A DNA stretch of 64,000 nucleotides from Candidatus Magasanikiibacteriota bacterium (GCA_018652595.1 JABIBU010000013.1:93043-157042); one strand, 5' to 3'. Numbered from the stretch's first letter, positions 30,217 through 41,144 are shown. Notes: generated from the letters alone by a model not told the origin. Program-made: numbers and translations.

Positions 30217-31245
30217 TTAAAATATCTTATTATCTGTTATCCATTTTAGCATACTTCTTATTCCTTCCTTTTTGCCAACTTTTGGTTTCCACCCTAAAAA
30301 TCTTTCTATCTTACTAATGTCAGCGATAAAGACCTTTTGATCACTCTCTCTTGGTGGTAAATTTGTATATTTTAATTTTACCCCCAACTCTTCTTCCAAA
30401 ATATCAAAAAGCTCTAACAACGATAGACTATTTTCAACTCCCCCACCAATATTAAATACTTGCCCCTTAATCTTTTCAATATTTTTTGCAGCCAAAAAAT
30501 AAAGATCCACCATATCATCTGCATGCAAAACATCTCTAACCTGCTTACCATTACCAGATATTGTAAAAGGCTCTCTTTGTGGATTTTCTTTTGTGGAAAC
30601 TGCCTGTGCACAAAACCAACCTATCCAGCCCTGATCTTTACTTGAAAATTGACGAGATCCATACATTGAAGAATGTCTCATAACTGCAGTTTTTATACCA
30701 AATACTTTATTATAATCTAAAATATACTGATCAGCAGAACCTTTTGAGCATCCATAAGGAGATGCGAAGGATAATCCAATATTTTCATCAAAACCATCAG
30801 AAAAATCTAAGGACTTATATCTCCTTTCTTCTTCTACAAAATTAATATGTTCCAAGTCACCATAGACCTTGTTGGTTGAAGAATATATAACTGCTGTACT
30901 AGAGCTATGCTTTCTTATTGCCTCAAGTAAATTTAAAGTGCCTAATGCGTTTGTATTAAAATCTAATAGTGGATCTTCTATTGAAGATGTCATTGCAACT
31001 TGTCCGGCAAAATGAAATACTACATCTGGCCTCTCATCAATTATTACTCTCTCTATTTCACCATACTTACTAATATCACCCTGAACAAAAGTAAAATCAC
31101 CCAATGTATTTAACCATTCTAAATTTTTTTCTGACCCAAATCTAGATAAATTATCAAAAATAATTAATTCGTCACCTTTTTGTAAAATTTCTTTTGATAG
31201 GTTTGACCCCAAAAAACCACAGCCTCCGGTTATTAAATACTTCAT
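30217..31245 (-). CDS. rfbE: CDP-paratose 2-epimerase (tyvelose synthesis)
   Basis: TGGCGFLGSN, AGQVAMT, SSTNKVYG, PYGCSKG.ADQY, HSSMYG, DQGWIGWF. Confidence 0.85.
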   Translation of the reverse strand: MKYLITGGCGFLGSNLSKEILQKGDELIIFDNLSRFGSEKNLEWLNTLGDFTFVQGDISKYGEIERVIIDERPDVVFHFAGQVAMTSSIEDPLLDFNTNALGTLNLLEAIRKHSSSTAVIYSSTNKVYGDLEHINFVEEERRYKSLDFSDGFDENIGLSFASPYGCSKGSADQYILDYNKVFGIKTAVMRHSSMYGSRQFSSKDQGWIGWFCAQAVSTKENPQREPFTISGNGKQVRDVLHADDMVDLYFLAAKNIEKIKGQVFNIGGGVENSLSLLELFDILEEELGVKLKYTNLPPRESDQKVFIADISKIERFLGWKPKVGKKEGIRSMLKWITDNKIF

Positions 31246-31251
31246 AACTTT

Positions 31252-32148
31252 TTATATTATACTTTTTAACTCAAAATCAAGTGTTTTTTTTATCCCATCT
31301 TCCAAAGAAGTTCCGCACTCCCAACCAAATTTCTTAATTGCGCTTGTGTCTGCTATGCACTCCATTACTTCGTGTTTTCTATATGGCAATGCTCCAAAAT
31401 TCAAAACTGTTTTATTAAGAGGTAATAATTCTTTCATCATTTCCACAAGCTTTCTAATTGTAACAGCCTTATTACTTCCAATTTCAAAATAATAAAAATC
31501 AGAACTAAAACTATCTAAGTTCTCCAAAATTGTCATAAAGGCATTCACCACATCATCTACGAACACAAAGTCTCTTTTTTGCTCGCCCTTAGTCAAATCT
31601 ATATTATCTACACCTTCTACAAGCTTACGAAGTATGTTTGAGACAAATTTAGTACTATCGTCTCCGGGACCATAAAAATGTTCTAATGCAATATTGATGC
31701 ACACTAAGTCATTTTTATAACTAGTTAGCCAATCCTTAAATTGCCTTTTTGATAAGGAGTAATTATTTATTCTTTTATCAAGGATAGTATCTGTGTTTAT
31801 AAAATATGTTACACCATTTTCTCTTCCAAGCTCCAGCAAGCTCAACGGCAACAATAAATTGGCCTCGAGTGTGTGTATTGGATCTCTACCCTTTCTTCCA
31901 TAGTCAGTTGCACAATGTAAAATAATATCTATTTTATTTTCTTCAAAAATCTTTCTCAATTTTGTCTCGTCTGTATTATAAGTCTTTATTTTATCTATAT
32001 ATTCATCAATTCTAAACGTATTTGAAAAAGATCTCTTCAAAACTATAATAGAATACCCCTTATAAATTAATTTTTTTAAGATACTACTACCAAGATATCC
32101 AGTAGCCCCCGTCAATAAAATTACTTTTTTATCTTTTTCCATATACAA
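31252..32148 (-). CDS. CDP-paratose/abequose synthase-like SDR
   Basis: TGATGYLG, HCATDYG, FINTDT, YSLSK, LEHFYGPGD. Confidence 0.78.
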   Translation of the reverse strand: MYMEKDKKVILLTGATGYLGSSILKKLIYKGYSIIVLKRSFSNTFRIDEYIDKIKTYNTDETKLRKIFEENKIDIILHCATDYGRKGRDPIHTLEANLLLPLSLLELGRENGVTYFINTDTILDKRINNYSLSKRQFKDWLTSYKNDLVCINIALEHFYGPGDDSTKFVSNILRKLVEGVDNIDLTKGEQKRDFVFVDDVVNAFMTILENLDSFSSDFYYFEIGSNKAVTIRKLVEMMKELLPLNKTVLNFGALPYRKHEVMECIADTSAIKKFGWECGTSLEDGIKKTLDFELKSII

Positions 32149-32153
32149 ATATA

Positions 32154-33089
32154 TTACTCAATATGTGCTATAACCTGACTTATATATTTCTCGTCACAAC
32201 AATCTTCCGGATCTCTTTCGTTTATTTCATTAAAATACTTATGTGAGACCTTTATTTGCTTGTCTGCCTTTCTCAAAAACATTTCGTACTCCATGTCTAT
32301 ATGACCGATATCTACAACACGATAACCCAGCAAGAACAAATCATAAGCCAAGACTTTTGCCGTTGGCCCAAGAGAAAGTAATATGAGTTTATCCTTATCT
32401 ATTTTCAAGGCTTCATTTTTTATTTTTTCGTATTTATCATAAGCACTTTCAGGTGGACATAAGATCCTTTGCAAAGACTTTACACTATCAAACATATCAT
32501 TGCCAACACCCAAACGACTTTTTGAACCTTCAACAAGCACTACATCTTTATTCGCCCAAATAGAAAATAATTTTTTAAAAACATATGCAGAGTTTGACCT
32601 ATCAACGTATGCCAAATAAGGACGGGTCATATTGGTATCACCATATTTTTTTTTGTAAGACAGTAGTTTTTTCCACACATGCCCATGTCTATACAAGTGA
32701 TGCATATTAAACCAATATGCGTAACTCTTGAATCCATTCAATTTTTCCCAAATACCTGGAATACATATTAATAGACCATCTCTGTTGCTTTTCAAAATTA
32801 GTTCTAATTTTCTAGACAATTCTTCATTTGTTTTCTGAAAAGCAAGCGTCAAATTATCTATTAAAGAAATTTCTCCATCCCCAAACCTAATTACAGACAT
32901 ATTTTTTTCTACTACCAAATCTACAGTCTCTGGAATAGAGAGCACATCTGGACGTTTTCGTTTTTTTCTTAAATAGACATTGAATACGTACAATACAAAT
33001 GCAATGACAGGGCCTATCTTTTGTCTAATGCCAAGTGGTGTAAAATCTCTCAATTTTTGAATAAAATTTTGTATTAATGATTTTTTCAT
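32154..33089 (-). CDS. GT-D fold (DUF1792) glycosyltransferase
   Basis: SVIRFGDGE, RLGVGNDMF, LGPTAKVLAYDL, DIGHIDMEYE. Confidence 0.9.
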   Translation of the reverse strand: MKKSLIQNFIQKLRDFTPLGIRQKIGPVIAFVLYVFNVYLRKKRKRPDVLSIPETVDLVVEKNMSVIRFGDGEISLIDNLTLAFQKTNEELSRKLELILKSNRDGLLICIPGIWEKLNGFKSYAYWFNMHHLYRHGHVWKKLLSYKKKYGDTNMTRPYLAYVDRSNSAYVFKKLFSIWANKDVVLVEGSKSRLGVGNDMFDSVKSLQRILCPPESAYDKYEKIKNEALKIDKDKLILLSLGPTAKVLAYDLFLLGYRVVDIGHIDMEYEMFLRKADKQIKVSHKYFNEINERDPEDCCDEKYISQVIAHIE

Positions 33090-33101
33090 AATATATTTGA
33101 T

Positions 33102-33941
33102 TTAAGAATCAAAATCTTTTAACAGATCTTCTTTTGACAGACTATACTTTTCTTCTATGCTTTCTAAAGTAATGTTATTTTCAAGCTCAAAGAGTCTGGC
33201 ATACGCCATCAATCTAAAAAATGCGTAACTCAGTATAATTATTATACCAAGCCTACCACTTCTCCAGCCTCTCTTTCCATAAATCCAAATATAACGCAAC
33301 ATAGCAGCGAGCATTCGAATAATGCTAAATTTTTTTTCTAAAAGATATTTTTCAGCTGCCTCAGCTTCAGCATATCGCAAATGTCCAATCACAAATTTAT
33401 TTATACTATATGTACTAAAATGCTTCAATGCATATTTTTCTTTATTTGGAAGCTTGAGTTTTTGATCTTTTGAGCCCAAAAACTGTCCCATTCCATGAAT
33501 GTAATTCTCTTTATAATTTATGAAATCTTTATGAAACAAAAATGGTGAATATGCTTTTTGTATATAGTTATCTGTATTACCCCACAAATATGTATATAGA
33601 GGTACGAGTACATATTTATATTTATCTTGCATAGAAATCTCAATCATTTTTTCCACCAAACTTTTTGGAGCAATATTATCAACATACCCCCAATAAATCC
33701 AATCAGTATTCAGATTTGATTTTAAAAAATCAAAATTTTCCTGTGTTTCAACCTGAGGCTTTTTGCTTGGCGGCCTCGAGAGAAATCTAGCCCCAAGCGA
33801 TTCAGCGATCTCTTGTGTTTTATCAGTACTACCGCCATCCATCAATATTACCTCACCACACTTAATAAAATTCCTAATAGCATAGGAAATTCTTTTTTCC
33901 TCGTTATAAGTAAACAAAACAAATGTAATATTATTATTCAT
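33102..33941 (-). CDS. GT2 glycosyltransferase
   Basis: TYNEE, MDGGSTDKT. Confidence 0.85.
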   Translation of the reverse strand: MNNNITFVLFTYNEEKRISYAIRNFIKCGEVILMDGGSTDKTQEIAESLGARFLSRPPSKKPQVETQENFDFLKSNLNTDWIYWGYVDNIAPKSLVEKMIEISMQDKYKYVLVPLYTYLWGNTDNYIQKAYSPFLFHKDFINYKENYIHGMGQFLGSKDQKLKLPNKEKYALKHFSTYSINKFVIGHLRYAEAEAAEKYLLEKKFSIIRMLAAMLRYIWIYGKRGWRSGRLGIIIILSYAFFRLMAYARLFELENNITLESIEEKYSLSKEDLLKDFDS

Positions 33942-33943
33942 AT

Positions 33944-34855
33944 TTATAATTTTCCAAATAACCTCTTTATAAAATCACGAACATTCTGACTTCTAAATAA
34001 GTACTTTCTCAAAACACTAATGATCCAGGTTTTAAATAAATTAATTACTTGCTTTATTTTTAAGATCCATTTAGAATATTTTAACTCGTATGTATCGAGG
34101 ATCCACATTTGCAATTTGGATGTAGACTCTGCGCGCTTCGATAAAGTTTCTAATCCAGGAAAAACATCCCAGCGAATATTGGCAGCACGAACCTTAATTA
34201 GAGGCTTTGAAATAATTGCAAAACGCCTACCTTTCATAGCAGACAACAAAATATACACATGCACGGCATTAGAACCCACATGTTCAGTTTTGTTTTTCAA
34301 AGATTTCCAAAATTCTCTTTTAAATAATTGCATAGAAAGCCCGCAAAATTGACCGACTAGATCATTTTTTTTCATCTCTGATACGCGATCATCTACTAAT
34401 TTATAATATTGATTTGATTCAATAATAAAATTAGGCTGTGACACAGAGGGCTTACTTAGCGAATTATTATAACCCAGACAATTAACTATACAATAATCAA
34501 ACTTATCCAATTTTAACTCCTCTAGCATGTGCTCTAGTGCGCCCTCAAACAAAGCATCGTCATCTCCCAAAAACCAAACAAAGTCACCTTTTGCTTTTTC
34601 TACAACATTTATTATATTCCGATCTACTCTTATATTCTCTGAATTTCTATAATAAAAAATATTTGAATAATCCCTTTGAAATTCATTTACAATTTTTTCA
34701 GTATTGTCCGTGCTTGCATTATCTGATATTACAATCTCAACACTCTCTCGTACGACAGAATCTTCGAACTGCAAAACAATGCTATTTAGACATTGTCTCA
34801 AGCATTCATCGCGATTATAAGTCGGTATACATATACTGATAATAGGATTGTTCAT
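33944..34855 (-). CDS. GT2 glycosyltransferase (dideoxyhexosyltransferase-like)
   Basis: SICIPTYNR, SDNASTD, WFLGDDD. Confidence 0.88.
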   Translation of the reverse strand: MNNPIISICIPTYNRDECLRQCLNSIVLQFEDSVVRESVEIVISDNASTDNTEKIVNEFQRDYSNIFYYRNSENIRVDRNIINVVEKAKGDFVWFLGDDDALFEGALEHMLEELKLDKFDYCIVNCLGYNNSLSKPSVSQPNFIIESNQYYKLVDDRVSEMKKNDLVGQFCGLSMQLFKREFWKSLKNKTEHVGSNAVHVYILLSAMKGRRFAIISKPLIKVRAANIRWDVFPGLETLSKRAESTSKLQMWILDTYELKYSKWILKIKQVINLFKTWIISVLRKYLFRSQNVRDFIKRLFGKL

Positions 34856-34883
34856 TTTATTTAAAGATTAAAATTAAAAATCT

Positions 34884-35894
34884 CTATGCTTTATCTTTCC
34901 TTATCTTGTCTATTAGTACTTGAACTTTATGCCCCTCCACAAATGAGGGTAATATTTGTTCCTTGTTATTACACCCTACAACAAATCTAGTTGCTATTTT
35001 TCTAACAGTATCAACTCTTTCATCTTCTTCGTTATCTATTTTAACTTTTTTATCCTCCACAAGGATCCTTTTTGATTCTTCTTTGGTATAAATATTTATA
35101 GTAAAATTTTCAGTTACACTATTTTTGTTTTCCAAAATAATTTTACCTTTTTCACATTCAAATATTAGTTGGTGCCTATTTAAGCCTGCATTGCTTGCAT
35201 TAATATGAGCACTACCATCAACTCCATTTTTAAATTTTATAATTATATCTAGGCCAGATTCTCCTCCATTGGCACTGCCATCTGAATAAGAGAAAGAGCT
35301 CTTTACATCTAGTATTTCACCGGCATAATATTCCAAATAATAGAGCGAATGAGAAAAATAAAAAGACAGCGCACCTCCACCCTCATTTATATCTGTCTTC
35401 CATGAAGAAATGCCGTTTTTTATATCATAACTCAAAAAATCCCAATTCACAGAAACATGCTTTAACTTTCCGTAAGTATCCTGATCTAGCATTTTTTTTA
35501 CTTCTTGCCATGCCTTTATTTCCGGAAAAATAAAATCGACTGCATGCACGATACCATTCTTTTCTGCCAGATCCAGAAGTTCTTTTGTTTGCTCTTGATT
35601 TAAAGCAAGTGGTTTTTCAGCAAATATATTTATTTTCTTTTTTATTGCAACCCTTGCTATTTCATACTGAGTTCTTGGTCTAACTGCAATTGCCAAAGCA
35701 TCTAGGTCTTCGTTTTTCAGCATATCTTTCCAATCTGTATAAACATTATCCAAATTTATGCTTTTGCAGTATTTCAATAAACGATCTGTTTTCTTTCCAC
35801 AAATAGAAACCACATGACAATCATTTATATCACTGAATGCAGGAAGCAGTCCATAAAGACCAAATCCTGAACCAATTATACCTACTTTTAACAT
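34884..35894 (-). CDS. Gfo/Idh/MocA oxidoreductase
   Basis: VGIIGSGFG, FAEKPLA, GGGAL. Confidence 0.88.
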   Translation of the reverse strand: MLKVGIIGSGFGLYGLLPAFSDINDCHVVSICGKKTDRLLKYCKSINLDNVYTDWKDMLKNEDLDALAIAVRPRTQYEIARVAIKKKINIFAEKPLALNQEQTKELLDLAEKNGIVHAVDFIFPEIKAWQEVKKMLDQDTYGKLKHVSVNWDFLSYDIKNGISSWKTDINEGGGALSFYFSHSLYYLEYYAGEILDVKSSFSYSDGSANGGESGLDIIIKFKNGVDGSAHINASNAGLNRHQLIFECEKGKIILENKNSVTENFTINIYTKEESKRILVEDKKVKIDNEEDERVDTVRKIATRFVVGCNNKEQILPSFVEGHKVQVLIDKIRKDKA

Positions 35895-35903
35895 AAATTA
35901 ATA

Positions 35904-37184
35904 TTATACATCTTCATTTTTTACTATTTCAAAGTCTGGCAATGGTATTACAAAATCGGACTTCAACCCCCTTGCCTTCAATTGTTCCATTATTGGCTTG
36001 GCATAATGCCAAGCCAAAATAATAACATAGTCAGGCTGTTCATCGATAAGGATCTGATTGTTAACCACAGGAATATGCTTGCCCGGCAAATATTTGCCCA
36101 ATTTGAGCGATGCTGGCTGTTCTGCTAAGTATGGTAGTAATTCTGTGCCTACTCCATAATAATTTAATAGAGTTGAACACCTGCCAGGACATGAATTTCC
36201 CACTATACTCTTCCCTTCCCTATTGGTGCTGATCAAAAAATCCATAAACTTTAGACGGGCCATCTTTACTCGATCTGCAAATTTCTGAAATGTTTCTAGT
36301 TTTCCAAGACCTGATGCATCTTCTAAAGCAAGCAAATCAGTCACCGCTTGGCTCACAGGCCTCCCCTTTCCTTTGGTAACATGAACACGAATATTTCCAC
36401 CATATCTATCGCCTCTTTCTACATCAGTCACAGTAAAGTCGTATTGATCAAACAGAGCCACAAGAGCACGCAATGAATAGGTGCGCAGATGTTCGTGGTA
36501 GACTGTATCAAACTGCCCACCTTCAACCACATTCAAAAGATAGTGGGTCTCAGAGACAAAAACCCCATCTTCTTTTAAGAGTGTATATGCACCCATAATA
36601 ACCTCTCCCAAGGTCTGCATATGTGCAAATGTATTTGTAGTCACAATGACAGACGCTTCTCCATGCTTTTCCTTAATCATTTCGGCGGTCTTAATATCAA
36701 AGAAAGATTGAACTGTCTCAATACCCCTTTCATTTGCAAACTTTGCAATATTTGTAGGTTCGACACCAATAGTTTTAATACCAGTACCCTCAAAACCACT
36801 GAGCAAAGTCCCATCATTTGCACCGACATCAACCACTAAATCACCCTCTTGAAGATTATATTTATTGATAAGTGATTCGGCAATCTTTACTTGGTATTCC
36901 ACCAATTCTTTTGTCACACCACTCTTGTATGGATAGTCTGGATGATAGACCTCTTTACCATCGACACAGTAATCTATCTGAGCGTCAGTACAATTTTCAC
37001 ACCAAATCATACGAAGTGGAAAAGTTTTTTCTGGCTGATCAAGCATTTCTTTTGTCAAAAGTGTGTCACATAAAGGCTGATGCCCAAGATCAAGTATGGT
37101 GTGCAATTTATCTGAATTACAAACTTGACACCTGCTAATGTGCCCAGTTTTTATATCGTGATGTTCTGGATAGTTTAGACTCAT
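35904..37184 (-). CDS. NDP-sugar C-methyltransferase
   Basis: CQVC..LDLGHQPL..FPL..CENC zinc site, VGANDG, FDTVYHEH, ILAWHY. Confidence 0.88.
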   Translation of the reverse strand: MSLNYPEHHDIKTGHISRCQVCNSDKLHTILDLGHQPLCDTLLTKEMLDQPEKTFPLRMIWCENCTDAQIDYCVDGKEVYHPDYPYKSGVTKELVEYQVKIAESLINKYNLQEGDLVVDVGANDGTLLSGFEGTGIKTIGVEPTNIAKFANERGIETVQSFFDIKTAEMIKEKHGEASVIVTTNTFAHMQTLGEVIMGAYTLLKEDGVFVSETHYLLNVVEGGQFDTVYHEHLRTYSLRALVALFDQYDFTVTDVERGDRYGGNIRVHVTKGKGRPVSQAVTDLLALEDASGLGKLETFQKFADRVKMARLKFMDFLISTNREGKSIVGNSCPGRCSTLLNYYGVGTELLPYLAEQPASLKLGKYLPGKHIPVVNNQILIDEQPDYVIILAWHYAKPIMEQLKARGLKSDFVIPLPDFEIVKNEDV

Positions 37185-37231
37185 AAAATTAATATTAAAT
37201 TAAGTTAAATTATTTTTTATTATTTAAGTTT

Positions 37232-38542
37232 TCAAGTTTTATTCATATTTTTTATAAATTCATTAAATTCATTTACTATATAATTCAGCATATCCTTGGA
37301 CAACCCAGGATGAACACCGATCCAAAAAGTATTAGTCATTACAAGATCAGTATTAACAAGATTATCTACAATCCTATATTTAATATTCTTTTCCACAAAA
37401 TAAGGTTGTTTTATAACGTTGCCGGCAAATAGAAGCCGTGTACCAATTTTCTTTTCATTTAAATGTTTTATTAAATCATCCCGTGTAAAACCCGCATCAT
37501 CTTTCACTGTCAAAAGAAAACCAAACCAACTAGACTCAGCCTTATCCGACCAACTAGGAAGAATAAAATAGTCTTCGTGTTTTTTTAATTTCTCATAAAG
37601 ATAGTCAAAATTGTCTCTTCTCTTTTGTATAAAATCCTCCAGTTTATCCAATTGTGCAACACCTAGAGCAGCCTGTATATCGGTCACCTTCAAATTATAA
37701 CCCATCTCAGAATAAATATATTTATGATCATACCCAAGAGGTAAATTGCCAAGCTTCCAAGAAAAACGTCTTTTACATGTATCATCCATACCTGTTCTAC
37801 ACCAGCAATCCCTACCCCAATCACGAATTGATTTAATTATGCGATATAGCAAAGCATCATCTGTAAACACAGCTCCACCCTCCCCCATAGTAATATGGTG
37901 TGCGGGATAAAAACTACATGTAGCCACATGTCCAAATGTACCTGTTTTTTTACCATCATACACAGAACCTAGAGCATCACAATTGTCTTCTACAAACCAA
38001 AGACCATGCTCTTCGCACAACTCGGCTATCTTATCCAACTCGCAAGGATTTCCCAAAGTATGTGCCAAAAAAATTGCTCGTGTTTTTGGGCCAATTGCTT
38101 TTTTTAATTTCTCTATATTTATATTGTATGTACCCAAATCAACATCTACAAAAACAGGAACCAAACCATTTTGAACTATAGGATTCACTGTTGTTGGAAA
38201 TCCTGCCGCAACACTAATAACCTCATCACCTGGTTTCAGTCTCCTATCCTTTAGCTTTGCAGACATCAGGGCAGAAAAAGCAACTAAATTTGCAGATGAA
38301 CCTGAATTAACTATAGCTGTAAACTTTACCCCCAACCACTCACTAAGCCTTTTTTCAAATAAATCTGAAAATCTTCCCTCTGTCCACCACCCGTCCAAAA
38401 CTGCTTCGGTCATATTTAATATTTCCTTCTCATCAAATGTTTTACCAGAGACAGGAATAAAAGATTCTCCTGGTACAAATTCTTTGGGAGAAAATCTTTC
38501 TTTGTATTCTTCTCCCAATAATTTTTTTAAGTTATCATTCAT
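37232..38542 (-). CDS. rfbH: CDP-4-keto-6-deoxyglucose 3-dehydrase (E1)
   Basis: NSGSSANL, AHTLGNP, EDNCDALG, SFYPAHHITMGEGG, DWGRDCWC, YDHKY. Confidence 0.93.
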   Translation of the reverse strand: MNDNLKKLLGEEYKERFSPKEFVPGESFIPVSGKTFDEKEILNMTEAVLDGWWTEGRFSDLFEKRLSEWLGVKFTAIVNSGSSANLVAFSALMSAKLKDRRLKPGDEVISVAAGFPTTVNPIVQNGLVPVFVDVDLGTYNINIEKLKKAIGPKTRAIFLAHTLGNPCELDKIAELCEEHGLWFVEDNCDALGSVYDGKKTGTFGHVATCSFYPAHHITMGEGGAVFTDDALLYRIIKSIRDWGRDCWCRTGMDDTCKRRFSWKLGNLPLGYDHKYIYSEMGYNLKVTDIQAALGVAQLDKLEDFIQKRRDNFDYLYEKLKKHEDYFILPSWSDKAESSWFGFLLTVKDDAGFTRDDLIKHLNEKKIGTRLLFAGNVIKQPYFVEKNIKYRIVDNLVNTDLVMTNTFWIGVHPGLSKDMLNYIVNEFNEFIKNMNKT

Positions 38543-39425
38543 ACAAAAAATCTTTTTTATTTAATTTATTTAAAATAGTTTTATAATATTTTATCAACTC
38601 TAGCAATGATTGGTCTAGTTCAGTATATTCTATATTTTTTAGCTCTGATTTTAATCTTGAGATATCACATGTATACTCTTTATTCAAGTCAGGTTTATTA
38701 ATTTTTATATCTTTTTCCTCATCTAAAACATATAAAATTCTATGAACTATTGACGACAGAGACACTCTCTCCCCCCTGCCTATATTATAAAATTTGTGCT
38801 TTGTCTTTTCATTTTCAATAAAATATCCTAAAATTTTTACAAAATCATTCACATACAAATAGTCGAAATAAGTGTCTTGATTCATTGTTACAGGAAGACC
38901 TAGCAATACTTTGCAGATAATATTTGAAATAAATCTAGTTTTATAATCTTCATATTTCCCATAAACCCCAAACAATCTCAGGTGGGTAATGAAGCTAGCT
39001 TCCTCACAGTATTTTGCACATACATATTTATAAAAACCATATGGATCTTCTGGTACAGATTTATCAAAATCAGATTCTCTTATATTTTTTAATTCTTGTT
39101 GTTTATTATATTCTGCACCAGAACCTAAGAAAATCATCCTCTTGTACATTTTTTTTGCCCTAACTAGATTGAAAAACATTTTTAAATTATCCAATACAAT
39201 ACCTGGATTATCTTTCTCATTTCTAGCAACGCCCACTGCTGCTGCATGAATTACAATATCTACTTTTTCTTTTTTTAAAAAATTATAAACCAAGCTAGTG
39301 TCTAATAAATTTAATTCTTTACTATTTGGTGCCAGTATTTCGTACTTATCTCCCAATAGCTCAACTATATTTCTACCAAAAAAACCACTACCACCGGTTA
39401 AAAGAATTTTAATTTTCTTTTTCAT
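38535..39425 (-). CDS. NAD-dependent sugar epimerase/reductase
   Basis: TGGSGFFG, GSGAEY, YGFYK, LRLFGVYG. Confidence 0.85.
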   Translation of the reverse strand: MKKKIKILLTGGSGFFGRNIVELLGDKYEILAPNSKELNLLDTSLVYNFLKKEKVDIVIHAAAVGVARNEKDNPGIVLDNLKMFFNLVRAKKMYKRMIFLGSGAEYNKQQELKNIRESDFDKSVPEDPYGFYKYVCAKYCEEASFITHLRLFGVYGKYEDYKTRFISNIICKVLLGLPVTMNQDTYFDYLYVNDFVKILGYFIENEKTKHKFYNIGRGERVSLSSIVHRILYVLDEEKDIKINKPDLNKEYTCDISRLKSELKNIEYTELDQSLLELIKYYKTILNKLNKKDFLYE

Positions 39426-40335
39426 ATATTTCCTTTATTATACCGACCACATTAGAGGTGGATAGACCAGACACACCTCTTAAATAATCTTGTCTGCCTA
39501 TTAATTTTGGGTACTCGTCATTAATTCCAATTCTTTTAAAACTGCATTTTTTATCAGATTCAGCAATAACCTCGGACACTGCACTACCCAGACCTCCTAT
39601 GTAGCTGTGTTCTTCAAGGGTGATAATAATTTTTCTATTGGAAATTAAATTCTCTATCAAGTCTACATCCAGTGGTTTTAAGGTGTGAAAACTAATTACT
39701 TCTACGTCAATCTTATCATTTTTAAGCAATTGGGCGGCTTCTAGAGCAATTTCTGTAATAGAACCTGTGGACAATATACTAACTTCTTTACCTTCTCGTA
39801 AAATACGCCCCTTACCAAAACTAATTTCTTTATTTTTTGAACTTAAATTTTCTTCACCACCCCTATTCAATCTAATAAAAAAAGGGCCTTTGTTTTTAAT
39901 AATATATTCTATTAATTTTTCTGCCTCCAAAGGATCTGCTGGAGATATAATTTTCATATTTGGCAAAACACGCATCACTGCTATATCCTCAATAGAATGA
40001 TGTGTGGCACCCAAAGTGCCGTAAGCAAAACCAGCACCAACCCCCACAACCGTTACATCCAAATTTTGATAACAAATATCAACTCGTATTTGTTCCAAAC
40101 AGCGCATAGTCACAAAAGGCATTATTGAATAAATAAAAACTTTTTTACCCTGCAAGGCTAATCCAGCGGCAACACCAACCATATTTTGCTCAGAAATACC
40201 GACATTAAAGACCTGCTCTGGTAATTCATTTTGAAAATCTTCTATAACTGAAAAACCCAAATCTGCCGTTAAAAAAATAATATTTTTATTCTTCCTGGCA
40301 GCCTCATGAATTGTATTTATAACCGTATTTCTCAT
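39409..40335 (-). CDS. transketolase-like protein, C-terminal subunit
   Basis: LTADLG, NVGISEQNM, GATHHSIED, LEEH..GGLG. Confidence 0.9.
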   Translation of the reverse strand: MRNTVINTIHEAARKNKNIIFLTADLGFSVIEDFQNELPEQVFNVGISEQNMVGVAAGLALQGKKVFIYSIMPFVTMRCLEQIRVDICYQNLDVTVVGVGAGFAYGTLGATHHSIEDIAVMRVLPNMKIISPADPLEAEKLIEYIIKNKGPFFIRLNRGGEENLSSKNKEISFGKGRILREGKEVSILSTGSITEIALEAAQLLKNDKIDVEVISFHTLKPLDVDLIENLISNRKIIITLEEHSYIGGLGSAVSEVIAESDKKCSFKRIGINDEYPKLIGRQDYLRGVSGLSTSNVVGIIKEIYEKEN

Positions 40336-41144
40336 ATTTTTTCTAATTCACTAATTGCCATTTTATACTCTTCTTCATTAGGGCTTTTGTAATGCCACTT
40401 GATCTTATCCTCCATAAAGGATACACCTTTACCTTTCACAGTATTGGCAATTAAGACTGAGGGCTTTTCTCCCTTTTTTTGAGAAAAAGAAGTTAATTGA
40501 GTATCTAGCGCATTTAAATCATGCCCATCAACTTCTTTTACATCCCAACCAAAAGACTCCCATTTTTTAGCCATTTCATTCATATTAATAATATTATCAG
40601 TTTTTCCCAAACCCTGTTGCTTGTTAACATCTACGATTAAAATAATATTTTTAAGTTTAAACTGGCTACAAAACATAGCAGCCTCCCAAACTGAACCCTC
40701 ATTACACTCTCCATCACCCAAAATACAATAAAATTTTCTATTATTATATCTATTTGCCAAGGCCATACCAGCTGTCATGGATAAACCATGCCCCAAAGAA
40801 CCAGCAGTAGCCTCTACTCCAGATAGGCAATCTTTTATTACATGCCCAGCTATTTTTGAACCATTTTCACAAAAACCTTCCAAATTACTTATAGGAAAAA
40901 ACCCCCTCAAAGCCAAGGTGGAATACAGTGCTGCAGCAGCGTGCCCCTTACTCAATACAAAAATATCCCTATCTTCAAAATTTGGTTTTGATGGTTTGAT
41001 ATTCATTACTTGAAAATATAAGACAGTCAGTATGTCAATAATACTAAAACACGAACCAATATGAGAACTCTTCGACTTATAAATCATCTCTAATACCTGT
41101 CGTCTAATCTCCGAAGTCTTAATTTTTAATTCTTTTTTATTCAT
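40332..41144 (-). CDS. transketolase-like protein, N-terminal TPP-binding subunit
   Basis: SHIGS, LSKGHA, GSLGHG, GDGECNEGSVWEA, TVKGKG. Confidence 0.9.
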   Translation of the reverse strand: MNKKELKIKTSEIRRQVLEMIYKSKSSHIGSCFSIIDILTVLYFQVMNIKPSKPNFEDRDIFVLSKGHAAAALYSTLALRGFFPISNLEGFCENGSKIAGHVIKDCLSGVEATAGSLGHGLSMTAGMALANRYNNRKFYCILGDGECNEGSVWEAAMFCSQFKLKNIILIVDVNKQQGLGKTDNIINMNEMAKKWESFGWDVKEVDGHDLNALDTQLTSFSQKKGEKPSVLIANTVKGKGVSFMEDKIKWHYKSPNEEEYKMAISELEKI

